Positions 15,052 through 23,369 of a DNA stretch of 64,000 nt are shown here, piece by piece (position 1 is the stretch's first letter; every line of letters starts with the position of its first letter). The stretch spans positions 6,456 through 70,455 of the forward strand of contig JAUHXC010000043.1 of assembly GCA_030427205.1 (NCBI GenBank), written 5' to 3'. A model generated the notes under the pieces. That model was not told the DNA's origin and made no database searches. It saw only the letters and a program-made list of their open reading frames with translations. Origin of the DNA: a bacterium. GTDB lineage: Bacteria > Myxococcota_A > Bradymonadia > UBA7976 > UBA1532. Made by a program: the position numbers and the translations under genes.

Positions 15052-16680
15052 CTACTGGCAGAGCTGGTGCGGGTGATCCTGGCCGCTGCCGGCGCTGCCG
15101 GTGCACAGCCAGGTGCCGTCGTCGCAGACCGCCCAGTTGCAGCGCTGCTGATCGGCGCAGGCGGCGTAGGCCATCTGCACCCGGTCGCCATGGGGCACGC
15201 CCCGGCCCAGCGTGCGGCTGTAGCACTCGTCGCCCGCCGGGGCCGCCGCCGGCTGGCACTGCGCGTGGGCGTGGGTCACCGAGCCGGCGGGGTTGCCGCC
15301 CTCGCAGACCCAGCCGCCGTCGCTGCAGCGGGCCCACTGGCAGGTGCCGCCGCAGGCGTCGTAGGCCATCTGCACGCTCTCACCGTCGGGCACCTGACGC
15401 CCCAGGGTCTGGCTGGTGCAGGCCGCGCGGACCGGCTCGGCCGGCGCGCAGGCGGGGTTGCCGTGCTCGGTGCCGCCGCTGCCCTGCTGGCCGCAGTCCC
15501 AGCTGCCGTCGTTGCAGATCGCCCACTGGCAGGTGCCGCCGCAGCGGTCGTACGACATCTGCACCAGCTCGCCGTGGGTCACCCGCCGGCCGAGGGTCGA
15601 GCTGTGGCAGCCCGCGTTGCCCGCCGGCGGGGGGTTGCCGCCGGCCGGCGGCGGGTTGGCGCCGCCGTTGAAGAAGGCGGTGCGCCGGTTGCCGCCGGCC
15701 GCGTTGAGCTCGATGTGCAGGTGGTCGTGGTGCGGGTGCGCGCCGCCGTAGGAGCGGAACTTGTTGCTGCGCCGGCCGCCGCTCCAGATCGAGCGATCCC
15801 AGATGATGAGCTGGATGCCGATGGCCTCGGCGTTCTCGATGAGCCAGTGGGCGACCGGGTCGCCCAGGTCGTTATCCGCCTGCCCGCCGTCGAGCGGCAC
15901 GAAGATGTCGAGGGCCCGACCGGTGCCGTGCAGCGACATGCCGCTCGACCCGCGGATCTGCCGGCAGTTGTAGCCCTGGAACGAGCGGGCGCCGGGGAAG
16001 TTGTTGACCAGGTACTGCCCCAGCTCGCGGGTGCCCGGCAGCAGGCTGCCGCCGCAGTTGCGGCCGCCGTTGTAGGGCGGCGCGCCCTCGTAGGCCACGT
16101 ACTGGTTCGCCGCCGCCGACTGCACCGCGCCCGTCAGCTGCCAGCGGCCGTTGCGCGCCGCCTTCTCCGCCTCGGCCTCCGATTCGGTGCGGCTGTCGTC
16201 ATCATGGCCCTCGGCGTAGGGCCGGTCGTCGTTGAAGCCGTGGTGGTCGTGCTCCGGGGCCAGGCTGGCGAAGAACTCCATCCGGGCGAACTCGAGCTGC
16301 CCGCCGTCGGAGCGCAGCGCGATGGCCTGCGCCGGCGCGCCCAGCTCGATGGTGGCCCGGCGGAAGCGATCCTCGGCGTCTTCGCCGCTGCTCATCAGCG
16401 CGGCCCACTCGCCCCACTGCCCGTCGGCGAAGACCGCGAACTCCATGGCGCCCACGGTTTCGAAGGTCAGCACCAGGTCGACCACGCTGAACGAGCGGGT
16501 CGGCACCAGCGTGGCCGAGCCGGTCGAGAAGGCCGAGGCCACCTCGCTGGCGTCGCGCAGGTAGAGCAACTCGCTCTCCGACTGCTGGGCTTCGAGCACG
16601 CCCGGATCGTCGGGCGTCGCTTCGTCGGAGCACGCGAGGGCCAGAAGCGGCAGGGTGAAGAGCAGGGAGCGGTAGCGCAT
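15052..16680 (-). CDS. lipoprotein with LAS-type (VanY/hedgehog-like) zinc-peptidase domain and three C-terminal Cys-rich repeats
   Basis: 542 aa. MRYRSLLFTLPLLALACS lipobox. Metal-site pattern SLHGTGRALD (H-x6-D) plus HHDHLHIE (H-x-H). Three ~45-aa repeats of form C-x-S-x-TLGR-x-V-x-x-G-x-x-VQM-x-Y-x-x-CGGTCQWA-x-C-x-DG-x-W-x-C lie at 15055..15612. Confidence 0.85.
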   Translation of the reverse strand: MRYRSLLFTLPLLALACSDEATPDDPGVLEAQQSESELLYLRDASEVASAFSTGSATLVPTRSFSVVDLVLTFETVGAMEFAVFADGQWGEWAALMSSGEDAEDRFRRATIELGAPAQAIALRSDGGQLEFARMEFFASLAPEHDHHGFNDDRPYAEGHDDDSRTESEAEAEKAARNGRWQLTGAVQSAAANQYVAYEGAPPYNGGRNCGGSLLPGTRELGQYLVNNFPGARSFQGYNCRQIRGSSGMSLHGTGRALDIFVPLDGGQADNDLGDPVAHWLIENAEAIGIQLIIWDRSIWSGGRRSNKFRSYGGAHPHHDHLHIELNAAGGNRRTAFFNGGANPPPAGGNPPPAGNAGCHSSTLGRRVTHGELVQMSYDRCGGTCQWAICNDGSWDCGQQGSGGTEHGNPACAPAEPVRAACTSQTLGRQVPDGESVQMAYDACGGTCQWARCSDGGWVCEGGNPAGSVTHAHAQCQPAAAPAGDECYSRTLGRGVPHGDRVQMAYAACADQQRCNWAVCDDGTWLCTGSAGSGQDHPHQLCQ

Positions 16681-16960
16681 CGTCGACTCCGGGGCTGCGG
16701 ACGTGGCGGCAGGGATCTGCCTCCAGGTGAATGCAGTTACCGTACCAGATACAGCGGCGCTGCGCGCTCGTCATGCGGTGGGCCGGTTGAGTCCCGAAGT
16801 GCCCCGAAATACCCGCATTTCGAGCGGTGGAGCCCTCGATCCCCCCGAAAATCTGCCCGCTGGGGCCGGCAGGCGCCCCGCTGCGGCCCGTAGCCGGGGT
16901 CAGCAGACCCCAGCGCGCGGGACGCGGATGTCTCACCGCCTGGGACGCGCAGGCCCCACT

Positions 16961-17012
16961 GCCGGGCATCTACGCCGGGCATCTGCGCCGGGCATGCGCG
17001 CCGGGCGTTCGA
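16961..17012. repeat. four tandem 13-bp direct repeats (GCCGGGCATCTAC-like)
   Basis: gccgggcatctac / gccgggcatctgc / gccgggcatgcgc / gccgggcgttcga, read directly from the sequence. They are non-coding, ~155 bp upstream of the kinase start at 17166, and are followed by the 10-bp palindrome CCGGATCCGG (17026..17035). Confidence 0.6.
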
Positions 17013-17165
17013 CACATTTCTTTACCCGGATCCGGTTGCGACGCCGGGGGCGAGCGGCCACGATCGCCCCACGTCGCGGCGACGCCATGTCACAACTTCG
17101 GCGCGGGCGACGTACCCCCTCACGGCGGTCGACAGGGCCGCCGTACGGCATCGGAGGCAGACGAC

Positions 17166-20100
17166 GTGATCGCACCCGCGCCCGCTTCTCGACAGGCGCC
17201 GGCGAGCCTCGGCGGCTTTGCGCTCGAACGCCTCGTCGGTCAGGGGGGCATGGCCGACGTGTGGCTCGGCCGCCACGGCATCGAGGGTCAGCCGGCGGCG
17301 ATCAAGGTCATCACCCGGCACATGGCCGACGACGAGCAGTATCGCGAGGGCCTGCGCCGCGAGGTGCGGGCCGTCGCCGGGCTCGATCACCCCAACATCG
17401 TGCCGGTCTTCGATACGGGCACCGTCGACGACGCCGCCGCCGAGGCCTCCGGGGGCGCGCTGGTGGCCGGCAGCCCCTGGCTGGCGATGCACTACGCCGA
17501 GCACGGCGAGCTGCGCCGGCTGCCCCATCCGATGCCCTGGCCGCTGCTGCGCGAGGTGCTGCTGCAGATCCTCGACGGGCTGGCCCACGCCCACGCGCGC
17601 GGCGTCGTGCATCGCGATCTCAAGCCGGAGAACGTGCTGCTGCACATCGAGCGCGAGCGGCTGCGGCTGATGCTCACCGACTTCGGCATCGCCCACGTCG
17701 TCGACGCGCAGCAGACCGAGGGCGGGGCGTCGGCCAACTCCGCCGGCACGCCGCACTACATGGCCCCCGAGCAGTTCAAGGGGCAGTGGCGCGACTACGG
17801 CCCGTGGACCGATCTCTACGCCCTGGGCTGCATGGCGTTCGAACTGGCCACCGGCCACCCGCCGTTCACCGACAACAACCTCTTCGGCATCGCCCACAAG
17901 CACCTCACCGCCGAGGTGCCCGCGCTGCGCACCGCCGAGCCGATGCCCGTCGGCTTCGAGGCGTGGATCGGCCGCATGATGCGCCGCGATCCGCATCAGC
18001 GCTATCAGTCGGCGGCCGACGCCGCCTGGGCCCTCGGCCGGTTGACCGTGCCCGACGCCGAGGCGACCCGCGCTGCGCGGCTGGCGGCGCTCGACCGGCT
18101 CGGCGCCTCGGCGGGCGGGCAGGCCACCGAGGTCTCGAGCCCGCAGGGCGTGGCGCTCGCCGAGACGCAGGCCTACGCCGAGTCCGATGGCATGGGCTAT
18201 ACGCTGGCCAGCGTGGTCGGGGTCGGCGGCCACCTGCCGGCCCTGGCGGTCGCGGCCCGCGCGCCCGCCCCGACGGCAGAGGGGCTGCCGCCGATGCCCG
18301 AGACCTGGTTCGTCGACACCCCCGAGCGCCCGCTCCTGCGCGGGGTCGGGCTGGGTCTCTTCGGGGTGCGGGCGATGCCTTTCGTCGACCGCGACGCCGA
18401 GCGCGATACCTTGTGGGACGCGCTGCGCGACGTGCGCGCGCAGGGCCACGCGCGGCTGGTGATCCTGCGGGGCACCGAAGGCAGCGGCAAGAGCCGGCTC
18501 GCCCGCTGGTTCGCCCGCCGGGCGAGCGAGGTGGGGGCCGCCGAGCACCTCGAGGTGCGCCACAGCCCGATGGACGCGCCGGGCGACGCGGTGGCCGCGG
18601 CCATCGACGGCTGGTTCCGCGGGGCGGGGCTCGAGCGGCCGGCGTTGCAGCGGCGCATCGCGCAGCGCATGGCGGCGCTCGATCCCGAGCGGCGCGACGA
18701 GATCGAGGCGGTGCACGCCCCCGCGCTGGCCCGCTTCGTGCGGCCCGACGGCGATCGCATGGGCGGTCAGCTGACCCCGCGGGAGCGCTTCGGGGCGGTG
18801 CACGGCTGGTTGCACGCCCTCAGCCGGCGCCGGCCGGTGGTCATACACTTCGACGACATCCAGTGGTGCGACGACACCGTAGGCCTGCTCGAGTGGATGC
18901 TGACCCAGGCCGGCAGCCTGCCGGTGCTGATGGTGGCGACGCTGCGAACGGACTTGTGCAAGGGCGGCACGTTCGGGGCCAAGGCCCTCGGGCGGCTGGC
19001 CGAGCACCCGCGGGCCGAGCCGCTGACCATCGGCCCCTTGAGCCCGCCCGACCACCGACGGGTCGTCGGCGATCTGCTCGGGCTGCACCCCATGCTCGCC
19101 GAGCAGCTGCTCGGGCGCACCGACGGCAACCCGCTGTTCGCCGAGCAGATCATCGCCGACTGGATCGAGCGCCGCGCGCTCATGCCCACCGAGCTGGGCT
19201 ATATGTGCAACGGCACCGCCCTGGTCGACGTGCCGCCCGATCTGCGAACCCTGGCCCTGCGCCGGGTCGATCGCCTCGCCGCGCGCTTCGCCGACGGCGA
19301 AGCGGTACAGATCGCCCTCGACGCGGCGGCGGTGCTGGGCCACGCGGTGCGCATCGACGAGTGGAAGGCGGTCTTCACCGCGGTCGCCGGCCGCCCGGCG
19401 CTGCCCGAGGGGTTGATCGACGCGCTCTACGATACGGGCCTGGCGGCGGCCGACCGCGGGGGCTGGGTCTTCGGCCACGGCTTCGTGCGCGACGCGCTGC
19501 TCGAACGGGCCTGCGGCGGCGCCCGCTGGCGCGCGCTGCATCTGGCGGCCGCGGAGACCGTGCGCGGCGGTCGCGCGCCGGGCGAGCGGCGGGCGCGGCA
19601 CCTGATGTTCGCCGGTGAGAAGGACGCGGCGATGGCGGCCCTGCTCGACGCGGCCCGCTGTCGCATGGACGCGTCCGAGTACCGCCGGGCGGTGGACATC
19701 TGCGACTGGCGGCTGACGCTGATGGACAAGATCGGGCTGCCGCCCGACGACGTGCGCCGGGCCGAGGGGCTGCCGGTGCGGGTCGAGGCGCTGCGGTTCA
19801 TGGGCCACATCGACGAGGCCGAGGCGCTGCTGACCCGCTTTCGGCGGTTTCCCTTCGGGGCCGGGCAGCCGTTTCTGCTGGCCGAGGCCGAGCGCCTGCG
19901 GGGCGGGCAGGCGCAGTTCGAGGGGCGGGTCGACGAGATGTCCGACGCCTACCGCCGGGCCATCGAGCTGTACCGCGCCGCGGGTGATCGTCGGGGCGAG
20001 GTGCGCTCACGGCACGGGCTGGGCTGGTCGTTGATCCACCAGGGGCGCCTGGACGCCGCCGAGCGGGCGTTTCTGGCCAGCGGCGCGCTGGCGCGGCAGG

Positions 20101-20753
20101 CGGGCCTGACGCTGGACGAGGCGTGGGCGGTGCAGGGCATCGGCTCGGCGCGTATGTTCGCCGAGCGCGCCGACGCGGGCGAGCCGCTCGAGCGGGCGCT
20201 CACCCTCTTCGAGGGGCTGCACGCCCCGGTCGGGGTCGCCAGCTCGCGGCTCTTTCTCGCCGAGGTGTACCGCCAGCGCGACGACCACGGCGAGGCGCTG
20301 CGCCTCGCCCGCTCGGCCCACGAGATCGGGCGCCTCGTCGGATCGCATATGCGCTATCTCGCGCGGTACATCGTCGGCATGGTCCACCTCGACATGGGCG
20401 ACGCGGCGGTCACCCGCCAGGTGCTCGCCGAGCTGCGGAGCCAGGGCGCCATCGACCGGATCCAGCGGCAATACGGGCCGTCGATGCGGGTGGTCTTCGC
20501 CTGGCTGGCCCTGGCCGACGGCGAGCTGGCGCGGGTCGACGAGATCGGCGCCGAGATCGTCGCGACCCGCGGACGCACGTTCATGCACCCCCACGCGCGG
20601 CGGGTGCTGGGTGAGCTGGCCGAGGCCCTCGAACGCCGCGGCGAGTCGCGGCGGGCGGCGACGTGGTGGGCGCTGGCCGCCGATTTTCATCGGCGCATCG
20701 CCCCCGCGAAGGCCGACGCGTTCGACGCGCGGGCCCGCGCCGCCGCCCGCTGA
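17166..20753 (+). CDS. Ser/Thr protein kinase fused to AAA/STAND-type ATPase and TPR region (PknK-like architecture)
   Basis: Track ORF 16827..20753, with the start set at GTG 17166 (GGAGG 9 nt upstream). Kinase motifs GQGGMADVWLG, AIKVI, HRDLKPENVLL, DFGIA and TPHYMAPE. P-loop ILRGTEGSGKSRL and Walker B VVIHFDDIQW. The C-terminal half is a TPR-like helical repeat. Confidence 0.9.
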   Translation: MIAPAPASRQAPASLGGFALERLVGQGGMADVWLGRHGIEGQPAAIKVITRHMADDEQYREGLRREVRAVAGLDHPNIVPVFDTGTVDDAAAEASGGALVAGSPWLAMHYAEHGELRRLPHPMPWPLLREVLLQILDGLAHAHARGVVHRDLKPENVLLHIERERLRLMLTDFGIAHVVDAQQTEGGASANSAGTPHYMAPEQFKGQWRDYGPWTDLYALGCMAFELATGHPPFTDNNLFGIAHKHLTAEVPALRTAEPMPVGFEAWIGRMMRRDPHQRYQSAADAAWALGRLTVPDAEATRAARLAALDRLGASAGGQATEVSSPQGVALAETQAYAESDGMGYTLASVVGVGGHLPALAVAARAPAPTAEGLPPMPETWFVDTPERPLLRGVGLGLFGVRAMPFVDRDAERDTLWDALRDVRAQGHARLVILRGTEGSGKSRLARWFARRASEVGAAEHLEVRHSPMDAPGDAVAAAIDGWFRGAGLERPALQRRIAQRMAALDPERRDEIEAVHAPALARFVRPDGDRMGGQLTPRERFGAVHGWLHALSRRRPVVIHFDDIQWCDDTVGLLEWMLTQAGSLPVLMVATLRTDLCKGGTFGAKALGRLAEHPRAEPLTIGPLSPPDHRRVVGDLLGLHPMLAEQLLGRTDGNPLFAEQIIADWIERRALMPTELGYMCNGTALVDVPPDLRTLALRRVDRLAARFADGEAVQIALDAAAVLGHAVRIDEWKAVFTAVAGRPALPEGLIDALYDTGLAAADRGGWVFGHGFVRDALLERACGGARWRALHLAAAETVRGGRAPGERRARHLMFAGEKDAAMAALLDAARCRMDASEYRRAVDICDWRLTLMDKIGLPPDDVRRAEGLPVRVEALRFMGHIDEAEALLTRFRRFPFGAGQPFLLAEAERLRGGQAQFEGRVDEMSDAYRRAIELYRAAGDRRGEVRSRHGLGWSLIHQGRLDAAERAFLASGALARQAGLTLDEAWAVQGIGSARMFAERADAGEPLERALTLFEGLHAPVGVASSRLFLAEVYRQRDDHGEALRLARSAHEIGRLVGSHMRYLARYIVGMVHLDMGDAAVTRQVLAELRSQGAIDRIQRQYGPSMRVVFAWLALADGELARVDEIGAEIVATRGRTFMHPHARRVLGELAEALERRGESRRAATWWALAADFHRRIAPAKADAFDARARAAAR

Positions 20754-20841
20754 GGCCGTCGGCCGGGGCGCCGCGCCACACCGATCGTTGCGCGCCGCGC
20801 CGGAATGTGGATGATCCGGCCACAGCCCCCTGACGAGATGA

Positions 20842-21915
20842 GTGATGGCCGGCCCGGATATCCCCTCGACCCGCACCGCATGGCAGTCGGTCAAGCTCAA
20901 CCTGCTCTATGCCCGCCGCCTGCTGCGGTCGATCCTGCCATCGCTGGCGATCACCACGACGATGTTCTGCCTGGGCACCATGGTGCTGCACACCCAGTAC
21001 CAGGGGGGGATTCCGCTCAACGAAGCCATCCAGATCATGTACTTCCTGATGCTCGCCGAGCCGACCCACGGCGAGATGGCCAAGACCGTGATGGTCGAGG
21101 CGGTGGTCTTCCTGGCGCCGCTGGTGGGCATCATGGTCGTCTTCGATCTGCTGGCCCGGTTCAGCGTGCATGTCTTCTCCAAGAAGACCAACCAGCGGGA
21201 GTGGGTGAACGTGGTTGCATCGACCTACAAGGATCACATCGTGCTCTGCGGCCTCGGCCGGGTGGGCCGCAAGGTCTTCCGCGAGCTGGTCGAGCTCGGG
21301 GAGAAGGTCGTCTGCGTCGAGCAGCACGAAGAGGCGGTGGGCGTGCGGCTCGCCCGCACCAGCGATCACCCGGTGATCATCGACGACGCGCGCATCGACC
21401 GGGTGCTCATCGAGACCGGCATCGAGCGGGCCAAGGCGGTGCTGGCGGTCACCGACGATGACATGGTCAACCTCGAGATCGCCCTCGACGCGCGCAAGTA
21501 CAACGAGGACATCCGCATCATCGCCCGCATCCACGACGAGAAGCTCGGGCGCAAGCTGACGAGCGGCCTGGCCATCGACGGGGTCTACTCGACCACCAGC
21601 ATCGCCGCGCCGTTCTTCGCCGTCTCGGGGCTCGATCCGGAGATCGTCAGCTCGTTCTTTCTGCGCGATACCCGCTTCGTGGTCGTCGAGACGAAGGTGA
21701 ACCGCGGCGGCTGGCTCGATGGCGTCACCGTCGCTGAGGCCCTCGATCGGCATGGCATCACGGTGATGGCCTGCCAGCGCTGCGACGACGCCGCCGTCGG
21801 CCCCCACGGCAGCGTGCGCACCGACTTCGAACTGCGGGCGGGGGACGAGATCTGCTTCCAGGCGCCCTACGAGACCTTCAAGCGCTGGCGCAAGGCCCGC
21901 TCGACCCAAGCCTGA
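20842..21915 (+). CDS. K+-channel-like membrane protein with RCK (TrkA-N/TrkA-C) domains, non-canonical pore
   Basis: 357 aa, starting at GTG 20842 or ATG 20845. Two TM helices flank a pore-like segment, LNEAIQIMYFLMLAEPTHGE, that has no TVGYG. Rossmann motif VLCGLGRVGRKV and a TrkA-C-like C-terminus. Confidence 0.85.
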   Translation: MMAGPDIPSTRTAWQSVKLNLLYARRLLRSILPSLAITTTMFCLGTMVLHTQYQGGIPLNEAIQIMYFLMLAEPTHGEMAKTVMVEAVVFLAPLVGIMVVFDLLARFSVHVFSKKTNQREWVNVVASTYKDHIVLCGLGRVGRKVFRELVELGEKVVCVEQHEEAVGVRLARTSDHPVIIDDARIDRVLIETGIERAKAVLAVTDDDMVNLEIALDARKYNEDIRIIARIHDEKLGRKLTSGLAIDGVYSTTSIAAPFFAVSGLDPEIVSSFFLRDTRFVVVETKVNRGGWLDGVTVAEALDRHGITVMACQRCDDAAVGPHGSVRTDFELRAGDEICFQAPYETFKRWRKARSTQA

Positions 21916-21943
21916 TCCCATCGCTCCGACATCGGGAGATCCC

Positions 21944-23347
21944 ATGCGCCGGCTCGCGCTCGACGCCATTCACCGCGGCCGGCGGCAGCTCGCGCTGCGC
22001 TACCGGCTCGACGACCTCTGCTTCAATACGACCTTCTGGTACGACGACGTCGACCTGCTCGCCCTCGAGGCCCGCCACGGGGTCGAGACCCTGCAGCGGA
22101 TCTATCTGCACATCGCGCTGTTCGACATCAACAAGCTGGTCAGCCTGCGCCCGGATGTCATCGATCTCGGGCCGTGGCGCCGCTTCGTGACGCCCGAACT
22201 CGCGGCGCTGTGGCACACCGTCACCCATACGATCTTCGCCCAGTGGCGCTACGAGAACGACCTGCCCGACTTCGAGACCCCGGCGCTGCCGCTGGCCGAT
22301 GGGGCGCCGGCGTTCGAGCCGCTGGTGATCGGCCCGCCGAGCGACGGGCGGCCGGAGGTGCTCTCGTTCTGTGGCGGCGGCAAAGACAGCCTGGTGATGA
22401 ACGGGCTGCTTCAGCGGGCGGGCATCGCCTACGGCGGCTTCGGCTACGCCCACTCGGTCTACGGGCGCGCCGCGCCGCAGCACGCGCTCATCGGGCGTCT
22501 GCTCGATCGCTGCGCCCCCGAAGCGCGCCATCGCATGTGGAGCTACGACGACACCCTCGACGCCCCCATCGTCGAGCTGTGCCCCGAGCTGGGCACCCGC
22601 ACGCTGTGCGCCGGTGAGACCCCCAGCGCCCTGTTCGCGGCGGTGCCCGTCATGCTGACCCATGGCTATCGCATGCTGGCGCTGGGTCACGAGGCGAGCG
22701 CCAACGTGGGCAACCTGGTCTGGGATCGCACCGGCGAGATGGTCAACCACCAGTGGGGCAAGTCGATCGCGGCCGAGCGGCTGCTCAACGGCTACCTGCA
22801 GCGGGCGGTGGTGGCCGACGCGCGCTACTTCGGGCTGCTGCAGCCGATCCACGACGCGGTGATCTTCAACCTGCTGCGCCGGGAGTCGGCGGCGCTCGAC
22901 GCGACCCACTCGTGCAATGTGGCCAAGCCGTGGTGCAAGCGCTGTCCGAAGTGCGCCTACGTCTGGATGAACTACATGGCATGGCTCGATCCGGCGCAGG
23001 TCGAGGCGATCTTCGGCGAGAACCTGTTCGACCTGCCCGAGAACCGGCTGGCCTTCCGCCAGATGGTCGGGCTGGGCGCGCATACGCCGTTCGAGTGCAT
23101 CGGGCAGATCGAAGAGTCGCGGCTGGCGATGCGGCTGTGCGCGGCGAAGGGCGTGGTCGGCGCGGCGACCGCCGAGTGCCTGCCGAAGCTGCCGCCGCTC
23201 GATCTCGATGGGTTCGCCGCGCGCTTCATGGGGGTCGACGTCGACGGGGCCGATCTGCCGCCGTCGGTGGCCGAGGAGGTCGTGCCCCAGATGAAGGCCG
23301 CGGCGGCGGACGGGCTGGCCTATGCCCGGCGGATCCTGGGCGGGTGA
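21944..23347 (+). CDS. conserved protein with PP-loop-like CGGGKDS motif and C-terminal Cys cluster (possible MurL-type epimerase family; unverified)
   Basis: 467 aa, RBS GGGAGA. LSFCGGGKDSLV resembles the SGGxDS ATP-pyrophosphatase P-loop. HSCN...PWCKRCPKCAYVW forms a Cys cluster. The N-terminal pattern LALRYRLDD..F recalls my memory of MurL-family proteins; this is not verifiable here. Confidence 0.75.
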   Translation: MRRLALDAIHRGRRQLALRYRLDDLCFNTTFWYDDVDLLALEARHGVETLQRIYLHIALFDINKLVSLRPDVIDLGPWRRFVTPELAALWHTVTHTIFAQWRYENDLPDFETPALPLADGAPAFEPLVIGPPSDGRPEVLSFCGGGKDSLVMNGLLQRAGIAYGGFGYAHSVYGRAAPQHALIGRLLDRCAPEARHRMWSYDDTLDAPIVELCPELGTRTLCAGETPSALFAAVPVMLTHGYRMLALGHEASANVGNLVWDRTGEMVNHQWGKSIAAERLLNGYLQRAVVADARYFGLLQPIHDAVIFNLLRRESAALDATHSCNVAKPWCKRCPKCAYVWMNYMAWLDPAQVEAIFGENLFDLPENRLAFRQMVGLGAHTPFECIGQIEESRLAMRLCAAKGVVGAATAECLPKLPPLDLDGFAARFMGVDVDGADLPPSVAEEVVPQMKAAAADGLAYARRILGG

Positions 23348-23369
23348 GCGATCGCCGGCCGTGGGCGGA

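Noticed and set aside
14986-16893. 635-aa plus-strand ORF antisense to the LAS-peptidase lipoprotein gene
   Set aside because: It is a shadow ORF (Ala/Gly/Arg/Val-rich, no motifs). The minus-strand frame has a lipobox, metal-site motifs and triplicated Cys repeats.
16703-19808. ORFs 16703..19618(+), 17022..19808(-) and the 5' extension 16827..17165 of the kinase ORF
   Set aside because: The alternative frames give Arg/Pro/Ala-rich sequence with no motifs. The 113-codon extension crosses the 13-bp repeat array and GC-poor non-coding DNA and lacks an RBS, whereas GTG 17166 has GGAGG at -9 and precedes the kinase Gly-loop by a normal distance.
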